A stretch of 64,000 bases of DNA from Promethearchaeota archaeon (GTDB lineage Archaea > Asgardarchaeota > Lokiarchaeia > Sigyniarchaeales > SOKP01), in assembly GCA_019057795.1 (NCBI GenBank), contig JAHLWS010000077.1, forward strand, positions 64,001 through 128,000, read 5' to 3'. Under the pieces are notes generated by a model that had not been told where the DNA came from, ran no database searches, and saw only the letters and a program-made list of their open reading frames with translations. Below, piece by piece: positions 1-12,800 of this stretch. The position numbers and the translations under genes are program-made. The stretch's first letter is position 1. Each line of letters starts with the position of its first letter.

Positions 1-764
1 TTGTTAATCTCTTTTACTTTTGATAAAGCGTCATTAAGAAGAGTTATCGATTGATTATGTTCTCTTTTTTGTTGATCTGCTTGTGTTATAATACTATTAA
101 TTTCTGTAATATGGATCTGATCAAGCTCTTGTTCACATTTGCTTAATTTAAATTTAATTTCTTTTCTAAATTTCATATCTTGTCTAGAACACTCAATACT
201 AACTGCCTTTTTAAACAGTTCACGTGCTTCTTCATAGTTTTGTTTGTTAAATTTAGCTAATCCTTGTTCGTACAAACTCTTTACGTTAGCGATTTGAAGG
301 CTTTTTTGGAAAAAATTAAGGATTTTCGTATCATAGTATTCTCCGTCTCCGTTATCTTTTAGTGGAGTTTCATTTAATGCTTTTTTAGTTATTTTAATGC
401 CAAGATCTGGATCTTCCCAGAATTCTTCTACTAAATCCTTTACAATTTCAGTGGTTAAATTTTCAAAATTGAAATACTTAGAGGAGTTTTCCATGTATTG
501 TATATATGGAATATCTAACAACCAATTATCCATACTCTCTCGTACAAACTGAATGAAATGAAAGTCATAATTAGTAAAACCTATAAACGTTTCCACTCGT
601 AATTTATCAATTTCTTTTAATGCTTCACTTAAAGTTATGAATTCCTTAAAGTTGGAAGTATCGATATGCATCGAAGTATCGATATACATTTTGAATTTTT
701 TATGCCATTTTTCAGTATGTAATTGGCCACGCAGTGTTTCATTTGGTCTCTGCGACTTTTCCAT
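1..764 (-). CDS. TPR-like repeat protein, partial (runs off the left edge)
   Basis: Not in the ORF track. Manual translation from ATG 764 gives MEKSQRPNETLRG...KSLYEQGLAKFNKQNYEEARELFKKAVSIE..., with a TPR-like helix pair and no stop before position 1. The frame is open back to 857. Confidence 0.7.
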   Translation of the reverse strand, partial: MEKSQRPNETLRGQLHTEKWHKKFKMYIDTSMHIDTSNFKEFITLSEALKEIDKLRVETFIGFTNYDFHFIQFVRESMDNWLLDIPYIQYMENSSKYFNFENLTTEIVKDLVEEFWEDPDLGIKITKKALNETPLKDNGDGEYYDTKILNFFQKSLQIANVKSLYEQGLAKFNKQNYEEARELFKKAVSIECSRQDMKFRKEIKFKLSKCEQELDQIHITEINSIITQADQQKREHNQSITLLNDALSKVKEIN

Positions 765-979
765 ATTTGAATAATAATTCCTTAGTAGGTTGTCTTTCTC
801 TTCTTTTGAAATTTTAAATACTCTTTTTTTTAATTTCTTTACTATGTCTAGTTTTATTTATTAATATTATATAATAAAAATTTAATGTTGCACTATGATT
901 CTATGAATGACTTAAATTTTCAATTCAGTCTCACCTTCTAAGATTTATGAGTTTTTCTTTATTAATAATTTTTCTTTCA

Positions 980-1123
980 TTACTTCTTTCCAAATTCCTT
1001 ATCTTCCCATTCTTTATAGGTTGTCATTAATTTGTCAATCTCGTTAATATTCGCTTGTTGATCAAAAGCTACTGATTTGCTGCTCTCGAAATATTCTGCA
1101 TAAATTTCCTTATCATCTATCAT
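980..1123 (-). CDS. 47-aa small protein or orphan C-terminal remnant
   Basis: Manual translation MIDDKEIYAEYFESSKSVAFDQQANINEIDKLMTTYKEWEDKEFGKK*, with an SD-like GAGGTGG just upstream. Confidence 0.4.
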   Translation of the reverse strand: MIDDKEIYAEYFESSKSVAFDQQANINEIDKLMTTYKEWEDKEFGKK

Positions 1124-1387
1124 ACTATTAACCACCTCTACTATTAAATCTTGATTATTTATTTTAGATTTTTCTCCAATTTCCTCTATTGATAGTATCT
1201 TACATCTCCCAATGCATCATAATGTTCTTTAAAAAACTTTAGACTTAATCTTGACACTCCTCTGCGTTCTTCTAGAATCCCAGCATTCAGTACAGAGTGA
1301 ATTAAAATTCATGCCTTTCTCCTCTTAAAAATTTAAAATTAACTTTTTATTAGGTTGAATTGTTTTATCAGAATAATAACAGGATTA

Positions 1388-2284
1388 TTAACCCTTTAAT
1401 CTCCACGCGTTTTTTCCATTTTTTAAACCATCTTCGATCAATTTTAAGCTAACTAATTCATTCAACTTATCTAATAATGCAATTGCAAACCATCTACTTG
1501 TAATTCTATTATTATTAATAATATCAAGAATTGTCTGATCCTCGATTGATAATAGACTTAGAGCGTGTTCTTTTGAAATATCCTCAAATTCTATTATCAT
1601 GTCATGGACAAGTTTTGATTTTTCAGAAGAAATTGGAATTGAAGAATTATCAAATCCAGAGTTATTTTCATCATTACTTACGCGAGAATTAGCATATTCT
1701 TCATAATCAGAATTGTTCAATGGTACAACGTTAATCTCTTCTTGTCTTGGAACATTATTTCTTCTGTTTAATCTTCTAGTAAGGTTTTCCTCTTCATACC
1801 TTCTTATATCGTCCTCAGTAAGTGGTAATTTAAAATTATTATTGAAAGCATTAAAAAAATCTTCATAGTTCTCAATGCTATAATTATCTTCGATAAATTC
1901 CACCATATTGTTCCGTAAAAGATACTTATAGAATTTTCTACCGTAACTAGTAAGTGCACAATACAATGCCGGTATAGAATGCATTGATTTTTTCCAGTTT
2001 TTTCTCGGTCTTACCCTAATTAAATAGTTATTTCTAGAAACTTTATTTGAGGGATTATTTGCTAACTTTAAACAATCGATTTCTCTGTCCTTAAGAATTC
2101 CTCTTGGATCGAAGGAAGTAATCTTTTTCCCTCTTTGTTTTATGTGGTTCCAAGACCCTCTTCGACAGATGAAATATAACAAATCTGATTTTTGAACTAA
2201 TAACCTATAAAGCAATTTTTCCAAGTCAGCATCCTCTTTTTTATTCAAACTTTCGATTATTTTTTCCGTGCTATGCTCTACCAT
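1388..2284 (-). CDS. hypothetical protein with possible C-terminal winged-helix
   Basis: 298-aa ORF with a basic N-terminal half and an N/S-rich linker. The C-terminus LDKLNELVSLKLIEDGLKNGKNAWRL resembles a wHTH recognition helix plus wing. Confidence 0.6.
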   Translation of the reverse strand: MVEHSTEKIIESLNKKEDADLEKLLYRLLVQKSDLLYFICRRGSWNHIKQRGKKITSFDPRGILKDREIDCLKLANNPSNKVSRNNYLIRVRPRKNWKKSMHSIPALYCALTSYGRKFYKYLLRNNMVEFIEDNYSIENYEDFFNAFNNNFKLPLTEDDIRRYEEENLTRRLNRRNNVPRQEEINVVPLNNSDYEEYANSRVSNDENNSGFDNSSIPISSEKSKLVHDMIIEFEDISKEHALSLLSIEDQTILDIINNNRITSRWFAIALLDKLNELVSLKLIEDGLKNGKNAWRLKG

Positions 2285-2313
2285 AATTTATTCACTATGT
2301 GTATTTGATTGTT

Positions 2314-2880
2314 TTAAGTATGCTCTCTAACTTTCGATTTCTCAGGTGAATCTGAAATTAGAGCTCTTAAAAAAGGATATTCTATTATTGATTTGACGCG
2401 ATCATACATATATTCTTCCAAGTTCCTGAAGAAATCAGTATTGATATCCTTCTGAGACTTTAATTGATCAAGATATTCTTTAATTAGTATTATTATGTTT
2501 GGTATGATATCATACTTAAATTTAGCAATTTCATCTCTCATTATTTCTAAGGAAACATCATTCTCAATGGAATTTTTGCAAAACTTTTTTAAAAATTCCA
2601 TAATATCACGCTTAATAAAAAAGAGAAATTCATTCAAACTATCAGTGCTACGATAATTTATTAGGGAATGATTATTTTCCCCCTCCTGTTTTCCATCCCT
2701 TATAATTAGATTTTCCTCTTCCAATTTCCCTAAAAATTTATAAAGCGTACTTTGTGGAAAACCGAATTTTTTCTTTAATTTTTCAGCGGTACATTTTCCG
2801 CTTTCACTGAAAAATTTTAAAGTTAGTAGTTTTAGAAAGCTTCTTTTTAATTCAACTCTAACTTTCTTAGTAAACATCAT
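2314..2880 (-). CDS. winged-helix transcription regulator (ArsR/PadR-like fold)
   Basis: TAEKLKKKFGFPQSTLYKFLGKLEEENLIIR...INYRST fits HTH plus wing. The gene is divergent from the giant gene. Confidence 0.75.
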   Translation of the reverse strand: MMFTKKVRVELKRSFLKLLTLKFFSESGKCTAEKLKKKFGFPQSTLYKFLGKLEEENLIIRDGKQEGENNHSLINYRSTDSLNEFLFFIKRDIMEFLKKFCKNSIENDVSLEIMRDEIAKFKYDIIPNIIILIKEYLDQLKSQKDINTDFFRNLEEYMYDRVKSIIEYPFLRALISDSPEKSKVREHT

Positions 2881-3179
2881 ACATTTATTTTCTAGCCGAA
2901 TCTATTTAAAGAAAAAGATAAAAAAAAGTTATCAGTTACTTTAAAGAAACTCTGAATCACACCTCAACAAGAGAGCATGGAATGCATTTTAAGCATAAAA
3001 GAATAAAGCTTGATCAACATTTTGGAAATTACCAGCAACTTTGGGACCAGGATTACGGTGTTTCTTAAGAAAACCAGATATCGAAAGATTTAAAACTCTT
3101 CATAAAGTTTTGAAACTACCCTAATATTGCTAAATCAGAATTTGATCATAAAATCTTTTTTGATTTTTACAAAGAATAA

Positions 3180-3230
3180 AAATTCTCAAAGTGGAGAATT
3201 TCATATTTAAATATAGAACTCCTTAGTTCT
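3180..3230. promoter_or_regulatory. candidate TATA box flanked by two inverted repeats
   Basis: AAATTCTC-N6-GAGAATTT (3180-3201), palindromic TATTTAAATA (3204-3213) and AGAACT-N4-AGTTCT (3215-3230), all in the divergent intergenic region. Confidence 0.35.
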
Positions 3231-3508
3231 TTGATAATATTAATATATTGTACAATTATCAAAGGTCTTGTCTTTAATATTTTAGAAATGGAAGGTTTAG
3301 AGTTCAGCGCTGCGCATCGTAAGTTTTCTGGGGGGTGTATGCAAACTGAAAGAGATGGAACTCAAAAAACGCGAGGGATCTATATTTTTGGAAACTCAAG
3401 ATTTTATCTTTTCTTTAAATACTTACGAAATCTTAAGATGGGAAATTATAAAATTTTATTGAAATATACCAAGAACGATAAAAATTACCAAATGGGGAGT
3501 AATTTAAA

Positions 3509-3877
3509 ATGAAAGTTAATAATCATCGATCTTTTTTTTCAAAAAACGATCTCGCTATTTCAGGTCAAAAACAAGGTGAAAGTAGTTCCCTTAAAAAAGA
3601 TGGGTGCGAAAAAACTTATGAATTCCAAGTTTTTTACAATGGAGGGGTTTCTACTGAGAGAATAACCGTAGAATCCCCTATACAAAGGTTTGTACCTGAT
3701 TTCGAAGTAACCAGATACGAAGAATCTTGCGATTACGCGATTAAATACGATAAAGAATCATGCTTTAAAGATTTTCAAAAAGAGGAAAAACTTCCTACAG
3801 TAGAAAAAAAAAAGTTTCGTTTGATAATGTATTGGATAAATTCTACTTCGGTAACTATGAAGACCCATTTTCTTTGA
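3509..3877 (+). CDS. probable true N-terminal segment of the giant protein, out of frame at an A10 tract
   Basis: ATG-initiated 122-aa ORF overlapping the giant ORF, whose frame is open from 3769. A10 at 3804-3813 lies in the overlap. One extra A, or a -1 shift, gives ...PTVEKKK-VSFDNVLDKFYFG. Confidence 0.6.
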   Translation: MKVNNHRSFFSKNDLAISGQKQGESSSLKKDGCEKTYEFQVFYNGGVSTERITVESPIQRFVPDFEVTRYEESCDYAIKYDKESCFKDFQKEEKLPTVEKKKFRLIMYWINSTSVTMKTHFL

Positions 3878-6800
3878 AACCAAAGTCGAATAATAAAAAT
3901 CATCTAACCTTGAAGGTTGTTGATATAAATTCCAATACATCACAACTGAATGAAAAGAAGCAAAAACTCGATAAAAATTCTAATAAAAAATTAAGATTTG
4001 AAAAGGGGAAAAAAACACTTCTTATATTAATAAAATGCTGTTTAGTATTTTGTTGTATTGGATTTCTTGTTTACATATTAACGCTAAGTTATTCTTCAAA
4101 CACTGTTGTTTCCAACAATAATTCAGGGATTTTTATTTTTATGATATTTGCTTTCGCGAGTTTATCATTAAGTTTATTTTTAAATAGTAATAAAAGAAAA
4201 AAAGGAAGTGCACTATGGATTTTCCTATTTTTAATCTTAGGAGCATCAATTTATAATTATTGGTTATTTTATCCGCTCCAAATATTACTAATTCCTATAA
4301 CTATAATTCTTATTTACACTCTACTTTATACGCGGAAGAATAATAGGAACAATAGAAAATTGCGACCGGTATCCCTTATAGCGATTTTTCTGATTGGGTT
4401 GCCATTATTTCTTTCTATACCTTCATTAATCGGTATTAATACTCCTGATTATCAATTCGGAAAAATTAATCCGGGTGATAGAATAGAAATAGAATCCTCA
4501 ATAGATCCTGCTAAGTTACAATATTATTCAAACTTTGACGAATTTGAACTTACAATTAACGATTTATTTGTTACTCGTTGTGCGATTTCTCCTAAATTTG
4601 GCGCTGCATCAACCGTTCAAGTTCGCCTTATACCTCAAGATGTCTCGGATGTGGAAGGGTATTATGTAAGAGATCATTATGATGTCGGTTCTGATTATAT
4701 TGTTGGTCCAAAATCTAATTTCTCTATGTATACTAATATACCACTAAATACATTAGACTTATTGCCCGGGTCCTATAAAGCTCAAATCGCATACAGTGAA
4801 CTTACAGTGGGGGGATTCAAAACTTCTGAACCTCAAGAATATACTATTAGCTTAGAAAAAGATAATCTGAAAGCCGTACCCTACGAAGATTTTGGTCTCG
4901 AAGTAGAATATGGTTCGGTTTATACGATCAAGCAAAATAATTCGTGGAATATCGTATTCTCAGGAAAGATCGTTAATTCCTTGCATGAAGCCGTACCTGT
5001 TCAGAATTTAAGCTTATATATTGAAGAATACGATAAATTTGTAAAGGTTGCAATGGTTAATACCGATGAAAATGCTCACTTTTATTACAATCATACTATA
5101 TATGGCTCAATGGAAACAAATCTACTTGTGAAGGTTGAATCTAATGCGGAACATGCCCGTTACAAGAAATTGGAGCATATTGAGTATGCGGGAATCGAGT
5201 ACAAGACTGATAAGTTTTACTTCACTCCTGATGGAGATGACGCGGATTCGTTTCCTGATTGGCCATTTTCTCTGTACGATCTTCTTTTTGCTTTACAATC
5301 AGCAGAATTACATGAAATGCCACATCAGTGGGATGATTTTGAACTAGGAATGAACGATGAAACTCTAAGTACAGGAGATTTAGAGTATGATGACGGTAAT
5401 GAAAACCATATATATGCTTATGGTGAATTTCAAGCATCTCTATGGGCTATAGTAACATGGAAGCCAAGCGGAACCGTAGAGTCGATGGATTATTTGCATT
5501 ATGCTTATAGAATGGATGCACAATATCAAAATTTTTATATTTACAACTGGAATACTTCAGCATATGAAGACATTACTGCATTTCCTAATAGTGGAAGTGT
5601 TACTCTTACCCCTGAATATTATGACGAAGATTATTACGTGAAAGTTAGATTTTTTGCAAGTACGGGAGGAATTCCTGTATTGAGTTCATCCAACCCACAC
5701 ACAGCATCTCCTGGTGGGGTCGAAGCCGACTTATGGATCGATCAACTGCGTATTGATTATACCGGAGATCCTACTCCACCCCCTCCACCAGAACCACTCG
5801 CATTCTGTGCTGAATTTGACGATGGTTCTGGAATTTATACGTATGATTCGGTAAATAATTTTGAAGGAATTTTGCATGGGAACGCCTTATGGACAAATGG
5901 TATGTACGGTACGTATTGTCTTTCTTTTGACGGAGATGGAACAGTTTATGTTCCAGAGGTTATAGGAACCACGATTTATACGACTTATGCAGATGTATCC
6001 TATAAAGAGAAATCTGGACTAGTGAAATCTGTGGAGCATGTAGAACTTATACTGACAGGTACATCTAATTCATATCAGTTAACGAAATTTCAAAATATCG
6101 ATAATTGTATACCATTTGTCACCATGAAACAAGATGTTGGAGATGACTGGGATAATATTCCGTGTGATGTGTATTTTACAAATACTGGTACTCCAACGGT
6201 ACACGCAGAACGAGCAGGGTCGTTGAATAGTGTTACTCTCAGCATATATATTGTTGAATTTGACGAAACTAGAGTTAATGTGCAAAGCGGCTCATTTTCC
6301 TCGTCTGGAACAACTTCAGATCCAACTATTAATGAGGTTGATCTTTCTAAAGCTGTGCCACTAGCGTATTATAAGGTAGATGGCGGAGATGATGATTGGG
6401 ACGGGGCGATGGTATCCACAGATTTTTTAGATAGCACAACAATTCACATGGAAAGGGACCAATCAAGCGGTACGATGAGCGGGCATTATTACGTGTTCGA
6501 AACCCAAGGTTCGGGATTTTCCGTACAAAAAGCAGAATTGAGCATGTCAACAAGCGACGGCTATGATACGGCGACGATCAATTCGATTGACATGTCAAAA
6601 TCGTTTATTGTATCCTCCTATGAAGCTGCTGTTATGAATGATGATAGTGAAGATGCTGCCGTAGATGTATGGCTGAACTCTCCAACAGAAGTTCGGGCAG
6701 AACGGCATTCTGAATCGTATTATTCTGGAGCAATACCTACAATTAATGTATTTGTAGTTACATTTAGTGGAAATGAAAGTGTGCAGCGCGGAGACTTTAC

Positions 6801-9800
6801 ATGGGGGGCTTCCGACGATTATAAGGAAACAGATATTACAGAAGTAGATTTGTATTCGGCTATGATTAAATCGAATATATACGGGATCATACAGTGTGAT
6901 GGCACACAAGGTAATGATGTGAAACCTTCTTTTGTTAAGCATGAGTTTATTGATAATAATACAATACGGTTGGAACGATATACCAACGGTGAAGATGGAA
7001 TTGGACATTGGGAAGTAGTTCAGTGGGAGTTAGTGCAATATTATAATGGAATCGTGCGGCCAAATAATGATAATTTAGCACAATGGGAAGCATCAGAAGC
7101 GAATAGTCATTATGAACTACTTAATGACAATGTAATAGATCCTGCAGCCCCATATATCAATGAAAGTTATATTTATACATCCAGTTTTAATAATGAGAGT
7201 GTTTCGGACATCCTTGAAATGGATACAATCACTATTGGAAGCGATAGGATAGTTTCGCAGATTCTACTTAAGGTGTACGGAAAAGAGATCAATATCGCAT
7301 CTACCATTGATGTATACATTGGAGGTCAGTGGTTAGGCGCGAAAAATCTTGATATGAATACGAACCCAGGGTGGCATACTTATATATGGTCTAGCTTAAA
7401 TGTTTCTCAGTCGGATTTGGATAGTATGCAAATAAAATTTGAATCAGAACAACCAGAACTAGCAGACCCGATTTATGAGAACTATGATTATGTGGCTTGG
7501 GGCGATATTCTTGATAATCCCCTTGGTACATCTAGTAATGAGTTTGTGATTTCTGCCTGGATAAAACCTACAATATTCTCATCAAAACAAAGTGAGAATG
7601 GTATTAAAAACGTATTTATTTCAAAGAATGGAAATTTGGAAATTGGAATTGATGAGAACGGATTCGTTGAACTTTATATTAAGACCTCAGACATTGAAAC
7701 ATCAGCTAGCTATGGAGTACATTACGCAGTTAAATTAAATCAATTTAATTATATTTCAATTTTGTATAATCAGAGCAACGTAGATGTGCTTATTAACGAT
7801 TTCTGGTACACTTCAGCAATCGGGGCAAATCCAGAGCCGTGGAATGCTAGCGGAAATATTGCGAGTGGTGGCAATTTTGCAATAGGTCTTGAGACTATAT
7901 CATTTTCTTCTTGCTTCACAGGTAAAATTGATAATGTCACCGTTTTTAGAGGAGCACTATCACATGAAGAAATTGAAGCTTACAGGAACTTGCTAGAAAT
8001 TTCATGTACTGTATTAAAAGATGATGAACAGAACGGTTGGACGCCTGTAAATTCTTCAGAGGTCTTAGCCGGCTATATTAATTTTCAATGTAATAAAACC
8101 GCCGGAATCCAAAATGAAATTAAAGCATTAGAGTTTTACCTGTCAACCTATGAGCCTGCATTTTTTGAAGATCCTGTGCCGGATGATTGGTCGTTAATAA
8201 AAACAATAACATATGACAGCATTTCTAATTCTTACGTAATTCACAGCCGAGATCTACCCGATGAAGAGGAGTTCTATTTTATTGTACGGGCTGTATATAA
8301 AAATGATATAGAAAACGTCACATTTGATTGTTTTTCAACTCCATTTTCAATTTCACATTTCATCAATGGTTCGCTTTCTTTTACCTATACGGCAAGAGGT
8401 AATAGAATTAATCAAAATTCTCAAATTGGAGTTATATTAAATGATGGATTTGAATGGTGGCATATCAATTATTTAGACGTATATGTTAACTATTCAGAAA
8501 ATATAGAATTCTTAACTTCCGTAAATATTACTGAATTATATTATAATCATCAGTTTATTGATTTAGATATATTGGAATCCTGGATCGAAAATAGGGGACT
8601 ATCTAATAGAGAAACTAATATTAATTTTTTAATCGCTGCAAATTACACCTTCGGTCCTGAATTTCCGACATATGCGTATAATTACACATTAGACCAAGTT
8701 ATACTTGATACTAAGGGTCCCGATATAACTATTGGATCACCCAATCCATTTGGAACAACTTATAACGATCCGGACAATCACATATTAACCGCAAATATTA
8801 CTTTTACAGACGAACATTTTACTTCTGTATCTTTAGATTACATGTATGACACGCATGAGGTCGGATCAGAAATCTGGAGAAATATTGGCACCTTTGTAGG
8901 AGAAGGTCCTTCACTATTAGTAAATTTCAGCATTTTAAACATGAGAGATAATAAAATAATTTTCAGATTTAGTTGTTTAGATGATCTGGCAAATAGTCTA
9001 GTGTTAAGCGATTCAGGTCTATGGATCGTCAAGGATATGAACAACCACGGGAATTTTATCGTCGAAGGATTAGACAACGAGTTGTATGGTCTTGACGGAG
9101 ATGACACGATAGATTTATCTCTTAAAGTTATCCCTGTTGATAATGATATAGATAAAGTAGTCCTTAGCACTTTGTACGAAACATTTGAGCTTACCTACGT
9201 GTATTATAATAAAGATTTCATTTATTTTGAAGATGTAGGCTCAGAAGATATCCGTCTAAATGCAAGTTTCTATGATGTTATAGGAACTGAGTTTTCTTAC
9301 ATCACCATCGATATAAAGTTATATCAAGGCGCTACTTTAATTGCCTACGATGAAAAAGTAATTACCGCAACTGATACAATTTTTGAAGACACTGTAGAAA
9401 TTTCAAATATTGAAATCGATACTGAAATTGAAACGCATAATATATGGATGAGTTTTGCCAATGGCACGAATGCATACAATAATACTCACGGTATTCCGTT
9501 TGTTTTGAACAATAATTTCCCCGTAGTGAAATTATATGATTCTAACAATATATTAACAGCAACAATACCTTTACAACCTTGGTGCGATAATTACGCAACA
9601 GAAGTGTATGATGCAGTTTCAATTGAAATTGTAGATAATCATTTTATTATAACGCTTCCAAATCCAGCTACAGGTGAAGTTTGCTCAATTAAAGAAGTGT
9701 GGGTAAACTTTACCCAATACGAGTTTTCATATCTTATAAACAGCGATGGCGACCTATTTGTTCAATTACTAACCGAAGAAGATATAGATGGAATTTATGC

Positions 9801-12800
9801 CTCATCAGGACCAATTGAGGTAAAGTATGGCGTTTCAACTGCTCTTCGCAATACGCGTCAGTTCTATACAACTTTCGATTTTACAACAATACCTCAGGAT
9901 GAATATGTTGTTCTTGGAGAATTTTGCGACATTTCGGGAAGTATCTCAAGTTTTACTATGAATGACACAATTCCGATAGACTTTGAAGGTCCTTATGCTT
10001 TTAAACAATTCGAAAATGGAGTTTCTGTAAACCCTGATACTGGATCTATTTCATTTATAATTACCGATTATTCAAATATCGCGGATTATTATTTTAATGT
10101 ATCGTTTACAGAGGGATACTGGGTACTCGATGGCACCCTATATACTTTTTATTTCAATAGTGATAGCGTACCGGAAGGTATTACCTTTCTTAAATTGACA
10201 TGTAAGGATTCTCTTGGGTATAATAGCAGCGTTGACTTTAACATTGTATTTGACAAAACTGCTCCTAATATCGTGCAATTATATAAGGATAACGATATTT
10301 CAAACCATCTCTTTTTAATTAACGTTTCAATAAGCGATATCTCTGATTATACCATTTATTTGAAATGTGTAAACTGTTATTCAAGCGTTGTATATGATGA
10401 TATGGAGTACACCGCACTTGAAATCGAAGATAATATGTGGCAAATCGTATTTGATACGTCTCAATTACCGAATGGATATTATGATGTATACATATGCGGG
10501 ACAGATAGTGCGGGAAATTATGCAGAAAAGCTCATTGATCCATATTTTGATAATACCCCTCCTCAGATAGTTTCTATAACAGATAAAATATTTGCAGAAG
10601 GAGAAAATATTTATAATAATACTATTGCAAATACCATATTTTTCAACGACCAGAAATACATCTCACTTACCGCAGTGGATGAAACAGAGAGCGGTTTTGA
10701 TTGGGCTTCTGTAAGCCAAGAATTAGGCTATCAAATGGGCGTTCAATCAGTTGTAATGTATTATACCGAACCTTTGGCGTGGCATAATTTATCGATTGCA
10801 GGAACATTTAATTACGATATACTATCATACGAAATAATAGGATATGATCAAAGTTCTGATAAATCAAGGATAAAAAACATCCAAGCAATAAAAATTGCAG
10901 GTCATCTCGTAGATAAATTCTCAATATTGATGAGCGGAACTTCACTTATACTTAAGATTGATGAGCAGTACCGCTTCTTGCTGTCGTCTGAAAATACTGA
11001 TGAGATAACCGCATTATTCTATGAATATACTGACAAAAACGGTATTCCACTTGAATTTGATAATATTAACAAAGAATGGGATTTATTGTCTTCCGGAACT
11101 AATTATTTTAACGTTTCTGAATTCCTTTCACTTTCAGAAGGGGAAGAATTTCTTTTCTGGTTCTCCCTAAAGGATAACTTACCAAATGAATTTATCTCAC
11201 ACGTATTTAAAGGAATTTATGATCGTGCTATTATACGGAATTCTAATAATAGTTTGTTCAGCTGGCATCTTGGAACGAATAGCACAGGTGCAGGAGTTCT
11301 GATATTCGGCTCTGATACCTATGAAGATAGTACTATTCAGATAGACACTTCTTCTATAGCACTGGATGTATGGAACGAAGAAGATATTACTAGAGTTTAC
11401 TTTTATGGTTCTGAAGATGAGACAACATGGCAAATTATCGGAAGGGCATACTATTCCTCCAAAGAAACTCTCTGGAGTTATTACTGGAACGGTGAATTGC
11501 TAAAATCACAGGGTCAACTTCCGCCTAAGAATTATTTTATAAAATCTATACTATTTGACAAAGCTGGAAATTATATAATAGAAAATAGTAAAATACACAT
11601 ATACGATTATATTGAATTTAATTTAATAACCAACTTAGTGTTTGGAGAAATATTAGAATTCGACGAAAATTTACTGGAGAATATCCATGATATCACCGGA
11701 ACCATAGAAAATTTCATTGGAGATGTGAATTTATGGGATGTAATCGCCCAATATTACGATCCCTTAGCAAACGAATGGATTCCGCTAAATATTAATCCTG
11801 CAGTGATAGCAACCCAGGGGACATATACTATTACATGGGATATCAATGCTGATTACATGTTTATGGAATCAATGTATGATTTTAATTATACCTATTTACC
11901 GATGCACGTAACTCCCAAGACAGATGCAGATCTATGGGGCTCATGGGGTATATTCACGGAAAACGGCACATGGCAACCGATCATTGTATCTCAAGTTGGT
12001 TCTCTCTTGGATATTACTATATATCAATTTAACGAAACATTGGGGTGGTTAGTGGATTATTCTATAAGCACTGAAGCAACCATCGGAACACTTGAGGGAC
12101 AAGTGTTCAAATTAACTGATATTGACGGTAATGGTATTAGTGAGATCATTCGAATCTCTCCCTCCCAACTAGATGTTCTATATCTGAAAGAAAGCTCAAT
12201 ATGGGTAATAAAAGAAAACATTATAGCCCGTACTGGGTTTGAATATTTCTCATTTGATTTTTCTTTTAATTCATTTGGCGATTGTACGATGATTATTCAT
12301 CAGCAAGACACATCAGGCAATTCTTATTTATCAAAATATATTTTTGATTCAGAATTCAATCTTGAATTTATAAAAGAAGTTGGAGCGCCTTTAAATTTTG
12401 ATATTACCTCAATTAAAATTATAAATCAATTTTCTTCAGACAGTAGAAAGGCAATACTTATCGGTGGCCTAATGGAAAATTCATATTCCTCTCAATTACT
12501 TGAGTACGATTTTGACTTAAACTTTAAAAATATCGTATTAGAATCAATTCTGGGAAAAATATCTGTTATAGATTACGGTGAATTGGACGGTGTTGACATG
12601 ATTATGCTAGGTATCGATAGAATTACCATTGGACGAATGGATGCTGTTATTGCTTTAAACCAAATCGCCGGCACAGAGACCTGGAATGAATTTGAGTTGA
12701 CCGGATTTGACGATGTAAAGTTCAAGGTTTATGATATGCTTATCATTAGCGAAAATAATATAAAAAAACTATTATTAGCATCAGAGACAGGAGTGTATGA

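Noticed and set aside
3231-3512. 93-aa ORF upstream of the giant gene
   Set aside because: TTG start and no recognisable features; more likely leader or promoter DNA.
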